From Podarcis vaucheri (taxonomy: Eukaryota), in the NCBI GenBank assembly GCA_965113315.1, contig OZ220367.1: a stretch of DNA of 64,000 bases; one strand, given 5' to 3'. The notes under the pieces were generated by a model. The model did no database searches. It was not told where the DNA came from and worked only from the letters and a program-made list of their open reading frames with translations. This document shows positions 11,901 through 24,263 of this stretch, in pieces. Positions within the stretch are counted from its first letter, which is position 1; the number at the start of each line of letters is the position of its first letter. Both the position numbers and the translations under genes were made by a program.

Positions 11901-13370
11901 CCCTGGAAGCTGCTGGGACCAGTAACCATTTCATGGAGGCAGAAATGACAATCAACATCTTGAAACTTGAACAGCAGGAGAGGGTTTCTTATATCTCCCT
12001 GGCTATGTTGGTGAAAACAGAGGCTTCTTCAGACTTTCAACAGCTTGATCACGAGGAGCCTGTGAAGCTTGAGGTGCTGGCTATTGCTGTTCCACAGTGT
12101 GTGAATCTCTTTCCAGCTAGAAAGACATATTAAGATCAGGTGCCCTAAAGCATGACCTGAGTTCACAGAGCTGCTGTACTATTTCCTTAGCTCAAGCTCG
12201 GAAAGTAGTGTCTGAAAACCGACTGCTGAAATGTATATGCTGATTGATGACAACCTAACAGAGACTACGTATTTCAAACAGTTTACAGGTTGCTATTGTT
12301 TTTTCTCTACTTCAGGCTTCCTTTTAATATGCACTTAATTTAAAAAAAACAAAGATAAGGGCCAATGTATGATAAGATAGCAAGTTCCAGCTCTGCACTG
12401 TAGCAAGCTGAGAACAAGACCTGCAGGATTTGAAACAGATACAGGAATCATATGGAAGAGGATGGGGGAGGATAATGCCATGTATTCATTCTAATTTTAA
12501 GACCACATATATAATGCACCACTTAACACAGTTTGTTTCTCATATATTATATCTCCCTTGCAGGCTGTATCCCCTTCATTCAAGGTGAAAAATGTATAAC
12601 ACTACTGCAATCTGGAATAAATGCCATACTGTGATTCTGTTATCACTACAATGAATTAGAAGTGCTCTCTGTCTAGAAAACACATTCCATGATCTCTTAC
12701 TACAAAATAGGGAGTCTTAATGTATACTGCAAATGTTCTCATTTGTTCACAAGTATCTAAAGCATGATAAAATAGAATATTTTCCCACTGCGGAATAGCT
12801 CTTTTTAGCCATTTATTCTTGCAATCCTGTCTTAATCCATAAATTTTACATTAGATTAGTGGCCTTGCGTGTTTTTCACAATCTCAGTAACAAAGCAAAA
12901 GAAACAGGTTTCTCAGAATCCCTCTGTTACTTTTACAGGATGGCATTCCTGCCATTAGTGGGGGAGAATTTGCTGAAAGAGACTTGCGATAGACTCATCC
13001 AAGAGGGAATGAGAAGGTGAACATGAGTTAAAAGAGAGCTTTGAAAATGGTCCATTTAGTAGGCAAGCAGTTTAAGATAATCTTGTGAGCACGAATGTAT
13101 AGCAAGAGAGTATGCCCCAATTAATTTGGGTGCTGTTGAATTTAGCTTTGACAGAAGAGCTGTTAATATTGGTTAGAAGTGATTTGATATTGCGACTTTC
13201 AGAAGTAAAATGTGTAGCTAATTAGAACTTGGCAAGGTAAACAGCTGCTAAACCATTACTTAATCAATATCTTTCTGAAACAATATGGCATTTGAAAACA
13301 ATATTTGAAAAGGCAGCATGCTAATTGAATGGTGCTAAATTAACCCGGTTAGTGTCATGTAATCTGTACC

Positions 13371-13647
13371 GGTTTCCCTCATTGCGAGAAGTAAGGTTAC
13401 AGGGAACCAGACAGAGGGCCTTCTCGGTAGTGGCACCCACCCTGTGGAACACCTTCTCTTCAGATGTGAAGGAAATAAGTAGCTATCCTATCTTTAAAAG
13501 ACACCTGAAAGCAGCCCTGTTCAGGGAAGTTTTTAATATTTAACACTGTATTGTTTTTAATACTTGATTGGAAGCCGCCCAGAGTGGCTGGGGAAACTCA
13601 GCCAGATAGGCGGGGTATAAATAATAAATTATTGTTATTATTATTAT
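13371..13647 (+). mobile_element. L2-clade LINE 3' end
   Basis: Encodes QGTRQRAFSVVAPTLWN...KRHLKAALFREVFNI*, then GAAGCCGCCCAGAG...GGGGTATAAAT and a (TAT)n tail. Confidence 0.85.
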
Positions 13648-14784
13648 ACCAGTAAAGTGAAGACATTTCACTCTCCTTGCTTTTTCTGATAGTTGTATGA
13701 ATGCCTTGAAGGGATAGCCAGCTTTGGGATTCTTGCAAGCCAATTTATTCTCCAAAAGTGGTTTGGGGGCCAGAAATGTATTCTGCTGCACAAAGAGTGG
13801 TATATAAAGATAGGCTGTCAAGGACAGCTGGGGCATTACATTCAAAACCCAAAAATGAATGAAGACATTACATGCAAAACCCAAAGAGAAGTGTGGAATA
13901 CCTCTCTTCTGCATTGCTTTTTGCAAAACCTTTTCTTTTCCTTACAAGTGACAAGCTGGACATCTTTTAAAGGTCAAATATCCCATGCCCCATTGTGAGT
14001 TCCCAATTACTCCAGCCCTTCGGTGCTTAAATTGTTTCTGCAGATAGAAGCCCCACACTTCACCCCTTCTTCCTAAGTCACCCCATGAGTCTGATACTTT
14101 CCTTTTTTAACAGCCCTGTTTTTCATCACCAAGAAGTCTATAGTATCAAATTGTGTTTTCATAAAAGCAAGAGTAAACAAAGGGTTTACCCACTACTAGT
14201 TCATACTTCACCCAGGGATCACTAGCTTTAAAGTGGCCCTACTTGTTAGATATTATTTCTCGAGGATTTTATTCTATAGACGTGTAAGAGCATTTTTGAA
14301 GTCCCAGGTGTTTCTAATCTTAAGAAAACATGAGCATCTTCAACTCCATGTTCAGAGTTCCAGTAGCAAAGCAAGACATTTATTTGATTCATGTGATTGC
14401 AATGATCTAATTCCATTGTATAATCCAGCCACTTATTGCTGAAGTTTGATTGCTGCCCTGCATCAGTCTGTGTTTTGATTGCTTTTTAAATACTTTTCAT
14501 ACTTGTGCAACCCTGAAGAGACCTCATTCCATTGTTTTAATAATAAGTAGTATGCAGTGAGTGTGGTTGCAGTTAAGAACTCCTTGCAGAAAAATGTAAT
14601 TTTCTCCTTACAAAGAGCCCATTATCTGTTGTATCATAGATAATATGACTGCTTAAATTAATCTTTTGAGAGTAAGTTACACTAACATGTTGATTATTGA
14701 GTGTCTGCAGTCGAAAGGGATGAAGGCATTCCATTTTGCTTTCATATCTGCAACACATAACTATATTTCCTTCCTTGTTTTAAG

Positions 14785-14916
14785 GTGAAGAGTGTGACAT
14801 TAATATAAATGACTGTGAGAGTAACCCCTGTCATCATGGTGGAATGTGCATAGACCAACCCAATGGGTATACTTGCCATTGTCCACGTGGATGGGTTGGG
14901 GCAAATTGCGAAATAC
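14785..14916 (+). CDS. DNER: DNER internal exon (last, Ca-binding type EGF repeat), 132 nt
   Basis: ttttaag|GT GAA GAG... encodes [44 protein letters not shown]; donor C|gtaagt. Confidence 0.96.
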
Positions 14917-16150
14917 GTAAGTATTTATTACCATTTGGTTTTATTAATTAACCAAGTCTAAGATGGTCACTGTTCACCACAGGACATGGTAATTTTTTTC
15001 TTTTCCAATATAGTCTCTGGTCAAATGGCCTTTGCAGGTTTTTGCAATTTTTGAATTATACTGGCTTGGGTCCTAAGGTAAGTTAAAGCAGTTAACAGAA
15101 CAAAAGTATTCTCCACATCTGCTCCTCCCTGAAGCAGCCCGTACACCTATCCCACATTACTCTGGAAAGCCCTATAACCCTCCAAAAGATCTCCAGGGTT
15201 CACAGGTGACTGAAAGAAGAACGAAGGAATGGGAAACTTCCATTCTATCAATTTCCTCAACACCATAATCCTGTGCATGTCTGTTCAAAGTGGGTCCTAT
15301 TAAATTCAGTGGGATTTACTCCCACGTAAGAGCATATAGGATTACAGCATTAACTATCTTAGAATACAAGCCATTATTTTAATATGTACTGGAAGTAATC
15401 AAGAGGATATTTTTTATTTTAGTTGAAAAACAGGATGCTAAAAAATAAAAATAAAATAAAGGCATAAGGTCTGCTGAAAGGAGAAAATAGTAATGACTAA
15501 AATAGGCATGCATACTTAATTGGGGGAACAATCCATGTGTGAGTGACAGCCTCTTTAGGTGGTAGACAATAGGCTGTCTGGCAGATGGATTTAATATCCT
15601 GAGACATGCAGTAATCCTTTAGAAATGCATTCCATGCAGTGCCTACATATTATAATAATATGTAATTTAATGGCTTTCTATGAAAGGCCTAGATTGTTGG
15701 AACCATATGCTTTTATTACTTGCTGTCGATTATGTGGTATGATAACAAATATCTCAGAATGATACTTTGATTCCAGAATTGCAAAGGAGCTTGGCTGCAG
15801 GCGCAGGTTATGAACAATGGTGGAATATAGCACTCCTAGCACCAAGCTGTCACCTTAGTTCTGACACACAGAAAGAACAAGTGAGATTTGAGCAACATAT
15901 AATTCAGTTTATGCTTGTTTGAAGAAACCCACATCTGTGCCAGGAATGGGGAACTTGTGGCCCTCCAGATGTTGGTGAACTCCAGCTTCCATCAGCCCCA
16001 GCCAGAGATGTTGGGAGTTGTAGTCTAGCACAGGTTCCTCATCCCTGGATTAAGGAAATGTGTTCACCGTCCTGAGGGACCCAAAAACAGAGGAAACCAT
16101 TGACTGGTACCAAAGGATATCATGGGACCTCTTTATGGATTAATGTAATG

Positions 16151-16273
16151 TAAGGTTACCAGACATCCCCGTTTCCTGGGGACAGTCCCCGGATTTACAA
16201 ATCAGTCCCCATACAAAATCCATTGAAGTTGAAAAGTGTTCCCAGATTCATTGAAAAAAATCTTGTAACCTTA
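16151..16273 (+). mobile_element. Short hAT (Blackjack-like) MITE, copy 1
   Basis: TIR TAAGGTTACCAGA ... TCTTGTAACCTTA; reverse complement of 17848-17971. Confidence 0.85.
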
Positions 16274-16439
16274 ATGGACAGTATGAGCTAATAACAAATC
16301 ACATAAACTAAACAAATGTCGATAAAATTTAGGGTGGGAACTGGTTTAAAAATATAAGATGCCATTCTAGTGTTAAACATTTGGGCTTGCAAGACTCGTG
16401 TAAGATTGATCATATTACTTTACAGAAACAAATGCAAAA

Positions 16440-16840
16440 CCAAGAAATGGGAGAGTGCTTCCAGTTCACTGCTTGGGAGAATAAGTATTATAAAAATTAA
16501 CGTGCTCTTCAGGGTTTTATTTGTATTTCAGAATTTGTTAGTGCCAAAGTGGTGGTGGCATAATTGCAAAAGAAAATAGATACTTTTCTTTGGCAAGGAA
16601 AGAATCCATGAGTATCCCAGGTGAGGCCTGGGTATTCCAGATATACGTCGTTACATTGAAACATTGGGAATAATTTAGCGCATGGTTTGATATAAAACAA
16701 AGCTATAGCAGGCCAATGGAAGAGCATTGTACAGTAAAGGCGAATATTAACTTTCAATGGATGCGTAAGGGAGTCAGAAAAAAAGTTATATGGGGGGGGG
16801 TGATTGCTATATAATTAACATCTGTTTGGAAACCTAGAAC
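16440..16840 (+). mobile_element. Degenerate L1/Tx1-like ORF2 fragment
   Basis: Translation SLLGRISIIKINVLFRVLFVFQNL resembles the post-RT region of L1 ORF2. Boundaries approximate. Confidence 0.55.
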
Positions 16841-17418
16841 TGTTGTCAGCATGTTTTAACACCCAAAACACCTTCATTAGCTTTTGGAATAGAAGACAAA
16901 AGGTTTAACTTGGAGGGGTGACTGAAATTTCCACCTGTGGAAGGAAAATCAGCTAGAAACCTCTCAGGATTGGCAGCAAATACAAACGTTTGAGCATGTG
17001 AAATGTAAAAATGAAGGAAGTGCCATCTTTCTTGATCAGTAGAGAATACAGGAAACACTTGGAGGCAGAGGCAGAAGGAACTTTTGAAAATGAAATCTTT
17101 TGTGGCCAGCTAGAAGGGGAGCTAACTTTCCTTCAACTTCCAGTTCTGCCTCTGCTACCAGCGAGTTAAAAGAGGCAGGCACTTTGCTTCTGTATCTCTG
17201 CACCTTTCTGTGTCTGCTCTGTCAGGAATAACCATTGGCAGTGGGAATCAAGTGTGGGGTTAATGGTGGAAAGGATCTGTTTTGCAATAGTTTCACACCT
17301 AACTTCCATCTTCATGCAACTCCATTAAAAGTACAAATATATATGGTGGGAGTGAATGTGCCATTACCCGCTTACTGTACAATTCATCAACAATGTCCAT
17401 TCTATTCCTTGCTCTTAG

Positions 17419-17665
17419 ATTTGCAGTGGAAGTCTGGGCACATGGCAGAGAGCCTGACAAACATGCCGCGGCACTCTCTCTACATCATAATCGGAGCCCT
17501 ATGCGTTGCGTTTGTCCTGATGCTGATCATCCTAATTGTGGGGATTTGTCGCATCAGCCGGATTGAATATCAAGGCTCATCCAGGCCAGCGTATGAGGAA
17601 TTCTACAATTGCAGGAGCATTGACAGTGAATTCAGCAGCGCCATTGCCTCCATCAGGCATGCCAG
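17419..17665 (+). CDS. DNER: DNER penultimate exon (transmembrane domain and proximal cytoplasmic tail), 247 nt
   Basis: ctcttag|AT TTG... encodes HLQWKSGHMAESLTNMPRHSLYIIIGALCVAFVLMLIILIVGICRISRIEYQGSSRPAYEEFYNCRSIDSEFSSAIASIRHAR, including the YEEF sorting motif; donor AG|gttggt. Confidence 0.98.
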
Positions 17666-17847
17666 GTTGGTTTTGGAGTAAAGGGGGAAATAAAGGCCTG
17701 GTTGTAACCTAGAGATGTAATAAGCCATTGATTTCCAATCTGACCTGTGTTTGTTGCATGCAGCACTGCTTCCGCTGTGCCAGTTTCCTTCCTTCCTTCC
17801 TGCAATGTAGGAACATAGGAGCTTAGCTGTATGTTGCCAGTTTATAG

Positions 17848-17971
17848 GAAGGTTACCAGATTTTTTTTCAAATAATCCGGAGACACTTTTCAACTTCAAA
17901 GGATTTTGTATGGCGACTGATTTGTAAATCCGGGGACTGTCCCTGGGAAACGGGGACGTCTGGTAACCTTA
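17848..17971 (-). mobile_element. Short hAT (Blackjack-like) MITE, copy 2
   Basis: TIR AAGGTTACCAGA ... TCTGGTAACCTTA; 8-bp TSD GTTTATAG/GTTTATAT. Confidence 0.88.
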
Positions 17972-18148
17972 GTTTATATAGTCAACAGTAGCCTAATAGC
18001 AAAACCTGTCCTGGGTTGTACCATATCAGACTGCAGGTGGAGAGTTGTGCATTAGAATGGTCTCCCACAAAGAAGGATTGCCCCCCTATCCATAGGAAAA
18101 TGCCTTACCAAGGAGCAGGCGAAGCTGAAACCTCATCTTTAATGTACC

Positions 18149-18478
18149 CATAGGCGCCGACTCCATGGGGCCCGAGCCCCCTCAAAAATTCGTTTGGGGG
18201 GATCTGCCCCCCCAATAATCTCGGGCGCCCCTCCAGCAGAGCGCCATCGCTGCCCCTCCCCCAGCCCAAAATGCACAGGGTCGGGCTGCATGCCTCCTGC
18301 CCTCCCTCCCGAGCAAAAGCTCCACCCAATTTCCTTCGGAGCTGATTAATAGGCGCAGCACGCTCTCCCCTATTCGCTCACGAGGAGGCCACTTTATTTG
18401 CATATTCATGAGCTTATTTATTATTCATGAGCTTTCCCGGGCCCCCCCCCCAATATTTTTTATAAGTCCGTGTCCCTG
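18149..18478. mobile_element. GC-rich hAT-type non-autonomous element
   Basis: Perfect 8-bp TSD AATGTACC (18141-18148, 18479-18486); imperfect TIR CATAGGCGCCGACT / AGTCCGTGTCCCTG. Confidence 0.75.
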
Positions 18479-18484
18479 AATGTA

Positions 18485-18735
18485 CCGTATTTTTCGCTCT
18501 ATAAGACACACAAGACGCACCTAGTTTTTGGAGGAGGAAAACAAGAAAAAAAATATTTTAAATCTCAGAAGCCAGAACAGCAAGAGGGATCACTGCGCAC
18601 TGAAAGCAGCAATCCCTCTTGCTGTTCTGGCTTCTGGGATAGCTGCGCAGCCTGCATTCGCTCCATAAGATGCACACACATTTCCCCTTACTTTTTAGGA
18701 GGGAAAAAGTGAGTCTTATTGAGCAAAAAATGTGG
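18485..18735. mobile_element. Tc2-like MITE, short form with one internal hairpin
   Basis: TA|CCGTATTTTTCGCTCTATAAGAC ... GTCTTATTGAGCAAAAAATGTGG|TA; termini shared with 930-1454. Confidence 0.85.
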
Positions 18736-19062
18736 TACTTTTTTTTTGTATGCATAGGGACTAAAAGAAGGGTATTCAGACGTTCAGTAATTCCCAGTCC
18801 TACCTGTGACCAGAAGTGTTACCATCTAGGAAAAACGTCACCATCTGGTGGTTCTGCTGATTGCCTAAGTTTGCATTCTACCAGTTCACTAGATTTAGGT
18901 CCTTATTTCATGAATGCTTGGCACTTGACTACATATTTCAAATGAAGCTTGACGTTTCTTTGATATTCTCTTGGGACAGTGGGTTACTGCTACAAGTGTA
19001 AATGTTCAACCAATCTGCAATTCCACTAAATCCTTCTTTTCCTTTTTTTGCGGTGGGGTTAG

Positions 19063-19174
19063 GTTTGGAAAGAAATCTCGACCTGCGATGTATGATGCAA
19101 CTCCAATTGCTTATGAAGACTACAGTCCTGACGACAAACCCTTGGTCACACTGATTAAAACAAAAGATTTGTAA
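19063..19174 (+). CDS. DNER: DNER terminal coding exon
   Basis: ttag|G TTT GGA... encodes FGKKSRPAMYDATPIAYEDYSPDDKPLVTLIKTKDL*, the recognisable DNER C-terminus. Confidence 0.98.
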
Positions 19175-20140
19175 TCTACTTCAGGTCTTTTCTTCTTTTT
19201 TGGATTATTTTTCAAAAGGATGGGCTACCGAATTAATTCAAATATTTTTAAGACAAAGAAAGTGTAAGAAATTTAAAATGTTTAGCGGCTCCAGAATTTT
19301 CTGTAGATTATTTAAGAACAAGTTTTCTGCAGCTTTTAGTTGGGGAAAAATATTTTAAAACTGAATTTGTGAAGTTCATGGTTTTCCTTTTAATGTACTT
19401 TCAGCTTTAGAAAACTCTAATCTTAACAATAGTGTGTGCTTTTACCAAACTCAGATGATGAACCTCTGTGGTTATTACAGACAGAATGCAATATGTTAAG
19501 CAATGACATAACAGTGCCAGCATTCTCAGTAGACTTAGGAAAAATGTAAAACTTGATATATCCATTACTGGAAAAAAATGAAGTCTAAAATGTTTGTGTT
19601 TGTGAAAAGGAATCTAGTAAAAAATATTATTCTTAAACTGAATGAATTAGCTTTCTCCCTGTTTTGTGCATGGATAACTAACCTATTTCTGCATTATGTT
19701 CCTGAAACTTTTGCTGAAACATTCTCTTGAGTTGATGTTTGTCATTTTTTGTAATAGTATTCAAGGTAAGCTTTGTAAAAACGATCAATTGAAGTGCCTA
19801 TTAAGGCAAACAAAGGATTGATCCTGCTGCCTTTGAAGTGAGCAGATGATATAATTTCCATTGATTTCACAGTGTTCAGGATCAGGCCTTTATATTGGAT
19901 CTATATTTTTCTTTAAAAAGTCAAGTTTTTTATAGTGTGAGTAAGCAAGCCCTAATTTGAACTGTTTGTCTCTCAAATGTTGTTACTGTACAGTATTATT
20001 TTTGTTTCAATATTGTGCATTTCACATAGTGTATCTTATTTATACATGTGCGTGTTTTTGTGGCTCTATTTGATTGCTGATGTGCTACAAAATTCTTGCT
20101 TATTTTGAAGAATATTGAATAAATGTGATCAATTCAAGGT
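19175..20140 (+). other. DNER: DNER 3' UTR (end approximate)
   Basis: AU-rich stretch with no repeat I could recognise, from the stop codon to AATAAA at 20118. Confidence 0.7.
20118..20123 (+). terminator. Polyadenylation signal AATAAA (DNER)
   Basis: Canonical hexamer ~950 nt after the stop, followed by GU/U-rich TCTTGTTTTG. Confidence 0.7.
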
Positions 20141-20886
20141 GCAGCTGATCTTGTTTTGCCTTCAGCTGATGTTAAAGGATGGAGCTCTTTTAACCACTTT
20201 CGAAGGAGTGCCCTTGAATCTGAGCCATGACCATAATATAAACCTGCTGTGGCATTTCTAGAATCTGCAGTGCTTTATTTACACCCTTGGAGTGCTTTCA
20301 CATGTGACACTAAGAACGCTTTTGTATGGTGTTGATGCGGTTGGTGTGGCTTATTGTATGACAGCAGCCACATGACACAAATCCTATCTTCTCAAAGGCA
20401 TTCATTACAGATGGACAACTATCATTTTCTGCCATAGTGTCTAGCTTTCCTCCTTGTACAGCATGCGCTGAACTGTGGGCATAGTTTTTTGTAAGGGCAC
20501 CAATATATGTACCATTCGCCGTCTTCATATATTAAAAGTAGTTGGGCTCAGGTTTGTCATGGAAGACCTTGGGGGTAGCTGAAGGCTTGTTCCCACCCTC
20601 CTGCTGCCTTTATTGCTTCAGATTCATACTTTCCTGCTCTCTGAAGGGGAAAACAAGCAGCATCAACAATGGCCACTTGATTAGATGAAACCTTCTCAGG
20701 GTGAACCGTGGGAATGCTAGGCAACAGCACTTTCTGCGGTGCACTTTCAGTCTGCTGAGGTTGAAAGAATGTGAAAGTGTTGGATTAGGAGGACCTGAGT
20801 TCAGAATCAAGTTCATGTGATGGCTTTCACCTAGTCATTGACACTGTCTTCCAGGGCCTAGCTATATGTGACACTTAAAAAATACT

Positions 20887-21016
20887 GATAGGTAGCCGTG
20901 TTGGTCTGCCATGGTCAAAATAAAAAAATCTGAAGAAGTGTGCATGCACACGAAAGCTCATACCAAGAACTAACTTAGTTGGTCTTTAAGGTGCTACTGG
21001 AAGGATTTTTTTTATT
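20887..21016. mobile_element. Penelope-type mini-element, internally inverted copy with hammerhead core on the + strand
   Basis: 12-bp TSD TTAAAAAATACT (20875-20886, 21017-21028). First ~40 bp run in the same sense as 38447-38589; the remainder is its reverse complement. Confidence 0.8.
20928..20964 (+). ncRNA. Minimal hammerhead ribozyme core with stem I truncated
   Basis: AT-CTGAAGA-A-GTGTG(CATG)CACAC-GAAA-GC-TC-ATACC; only 2 bp of stem I remain. Confidence 0.55.
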
Positions 21017-23872
21017 TTAAAAAATACTATCACCACAGTTCAGTGCATCATGTACACCAGGGATAGTGATGGGAGTCCAACTCCCACCAGCCCCAGCCAG
21101 CATGGCCAATGGATAGGGATGATGGGAGTTGTAGGGGGCTGGAGGTTCATTGCTTTTCAGGAAGGATTTTGAAACAAAACCAATCCATATTTCACCTAAA
21201 GTGAAAAACAAAGCTTACAGGAAATTAATATGGAAAAACAAGCAGCATTGGGCTTGTTCCCTGGTGCAAGAGACTTGGGGCTCATCCAGACTTCCTTTTG
21301 TGCCATATTTCTAGGCACAGCTCTGCTCTTTAAAGCTCCATGTCTAAACATTTTTTATTATTTTATTATTTTTGTCCTGGAGTTTTCCCTGCGAAAACCC
21401 ATGTTATACCTCTGAATCAGAGCCAAGAACTATTGGGTTGTCTGCGGATAGCCATTTTCTCTGATTCGGCAGTAAAATTCAGGTTTTCCTGGAGAACGGA
21501 CTCAGACATGGAGCTTTAAATCGTGGATGGACCTGTGCCTGGAAAGTGTGGCACAACAAAGTCTGCATGAGCGTCCTTCTGGAAAGAGATTTGGGAAATC
21601 TGTTGGGTTTAAGCAACTTTGCATGCCTCTAGTCAGCAGAGGGCAGGGTTGAGACTAATAGGGGGAAACACACTTTGTGTTTTCCTGCCAAAGCCCAAAG
21701 TTCCATCCCTAGACCTTCATTGCCTTCTCCCTCTTCCCTCTCTCCTGCTTGAGGCAGCTATGAGAACTAGCTTAGAATCTAACTAGGTTAGAGTCCTTGT
21801 AGATATGAAGAAGCTCTGCATAATATCTTCATAAACCTTCCTTTACCATGGAGACCAACTGTTTTTTTGTTTTACTCTTATAAATTATGCTAGCGGTGTG
21901 TGAATGAGACAGAAAGAGTGGCGGTGGGACTGGGTAACTCCAGGTAGCCCCAGCTTCCAAGCTTTTAATTCTGCTATGAATACCAAGAATCTTGATGTTA
22001 ATCCTGCTGTTGCATTTCCATGTTTGAGAAGTTGAGCCGAGCAGCCACTCTGCTTCAAAAACAGAGCAGTGATTATTCTGTGGGAAAGCATCTTGTTCCT
22101 TTCTGACCTTGGACAGAGATGTTCTGAGACTTCCCTTTGATGAACCCCAAAGCCATTCACAGCGATGCCATTTCATCCCCTTGGTTTGCTGAGCCTGAAA
22201 GCAACGTGTGGCTTCTGCTTTGTGTGTTTTTCTTTTCACAGCATGAACAGGATGCTTGATATCACAGCAGCCAGATAGCCTGTGAATTCTGTAGCAGAAC
22301 AAACAAGCCCTGAAATCCCACTCTCTGCCTTTCTTCTTCCTTGTTCTTTTCATATATGTTCCTCCAAAATATGTGAAGCATAGCCTTCGGGTTATCAAAG
22401 GACACCCACCCACACCCCTCATTGCAAAGACACAGGTGATCTAGTGCAGCACTGAATTTTCATAAAGTTCCATTATCACTGCAAAAGTTGATGCTGCTTG
22501 TGTAGAAATACTTGCCATTCCCCTTCAGCTCTTTTGTACTGTTGTTCCCCAGATTAAGGTATGGGAAGCCTTTGACCCTCCAGGACCCTCCAGATGTTGC
22601 TGAACTCCCATCAGGCCCCAGGAAGCATGGTCAGTAGCCAGGGGTGATGGATGGGAGTTGTAGTTCAGTAAAATCTGGAGGGCCACCAGTTTCCCGTTAC
22701 TACTGTAAGCCTACATCTCCTTCAGTGCAATTTTTAAAAACAATAAATGGTTTCTATCTTGCATGATCTCAGCCAGGGCATTTGTGTTCAGTTGCTTTAT
22801 TTTTCAAGTGGGTATGGCAAATTCCACTGCCATGTTTGTTAGGAGATCCCTGTGAACAGAACAGTGGTTCTTTCCTTCCTTTTGAAAACATGCCGTCTCA
22901 AATGTTTTGTGCCACCCACAATGCTCTGGGTGCAGCATTTTGGGGGCAATCTGTACCAGCAACTGTTCCCTCGCAAGCAGGTGCAGAAATCTCTGCCAGT
23001 TCCAATCTGTTCTCAATACTCCAATGTGTAGTAATAACAAAAACGGGGCATTCTGAGGGCACATTGGGAGAACCCTTGAATCTGCAGCCTCCCTATTCTG
23101 CTGTGCCACCAGAATGGAGGGAAATATGCAAGCACTGGAGCTGGCATTCTTATTTTCCTTCCGGCTTCCCAGCCCCCTTTCACCATGGGAAAAGGTGCCT
23201 GACTGGGAACAGGCTGTGTTTGCAGCACCACACAGCTGATCTGTAGATGTGTCGCTTCTGGTTCAGAGTCTCCATATCACAAGTACTTTGTGGGCGAGAG
23301 CTGCACAGTGACAATGGTTGCCTTGTTTTAGAATTCTCTGTAGCCATAGTTATGTCCTAAACTGACCTAGGCCCTCATATGAATCTCACTGGTAGAACAC
23401 ACGTATTGCATACAGTAATTTTCAGGTTCACCCTCTGGCAACACCAGCAAGGGCTGGGAGAGGCCCCTGTCCAAAACTGAAGAGAGCCACTGCCAGTCAG
23501 TAGACAAAACTGCTGGAGAGGCCAGTGGTCTGGGTTGAAATAAATCAGTTTGCTATATTTCTAGATAATTCTGCCCCAAATTTACAAACTGAACTGCCTA
23601 AGTTTAACAAAATATGTGAGCAACTTGCTATATTTATAAAGGTGGTTGTTGCAGGGCTGTCACTTGCTATATTTACAAAGGGCTGTCACTTAAAAACCAG
23701 ATATTACAGCTGCTCGTTCTGACTGCTGATAGAATTATGACATTTCCCCCAAATGATTTAAGACCTAGCTGTTCAGCAGGCAATTCAGCATTCAAGATAC
23801 AGACAAAGCTTAGGTGAAGATCATCAGCAGCCCTGCATCTTCTCTATTCAGTCGTTTCCCCATTCATTAATA

Positions 23873-24263
23873 CAGTGGTGCCTCGCAAGACGAAAAGAAT
23901 CCGTTCCGCGAGTCTCTTCGTCTTGCGGTTTTTTCGTCTTGCGAAGCAAGCCGCTTAGCGGATTAGCGCTATTGGCGGGCTTAGCGGATCAGCTGATAAG
24001 CGGTTTAGCGGCTTAGCGGATCAGCTGATAAGCGGCTTAGCGGATCAGCTGTTAAGTGGCTTAGTGGATCAGCTGATAAGCGGCTTAGTGGCTTGGGAAA
24101 AAGGGGGGGAAGGAAAAAAACCCCGCAGGAACTCGCAAGACATTTTCGTCTTGCGAAGCAAGCCCATAGGAAATTCGTTTTGCGAAGCACCTCCAAAACG
24201 GAAAACTCTTTCTTCTAGCGGGTTTTCCGTCTTGCGAGGCATTCGTCTTGCGGGGCACCACTG
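23873..24263. mobile_element. Tigger/pogo-like MITE with internal ~24-bp tandem repeats
   Basis: TA|CAGTGGTGCCTCGCAAGACG ... CGTCTTGCGGGGCACCACTG|TA; internal GCTTAGCGGATCAGCTGATAAGCG repeats (~23980-24090). Confidence 0.9.

Noticed and set aside
17235-17418. N-terminal part of the 148-aa ORF (similarly 8949-9018 and 18971-19062)
   Set aside because: Intronic open frame upstream of clear splice acceptors, with no DNER similarity.
21829-23246. 197-aa and 154-aa ORFs downstream of DNER
   Set aside because: No recognisable domain or splice structure; treated as chance ORFs.
23975-24090. Regular 24-bp repeats resembling a CRISPR array
   Set aside because: No unique spacers; an internal minisatellite of a Tigger-like MITE.
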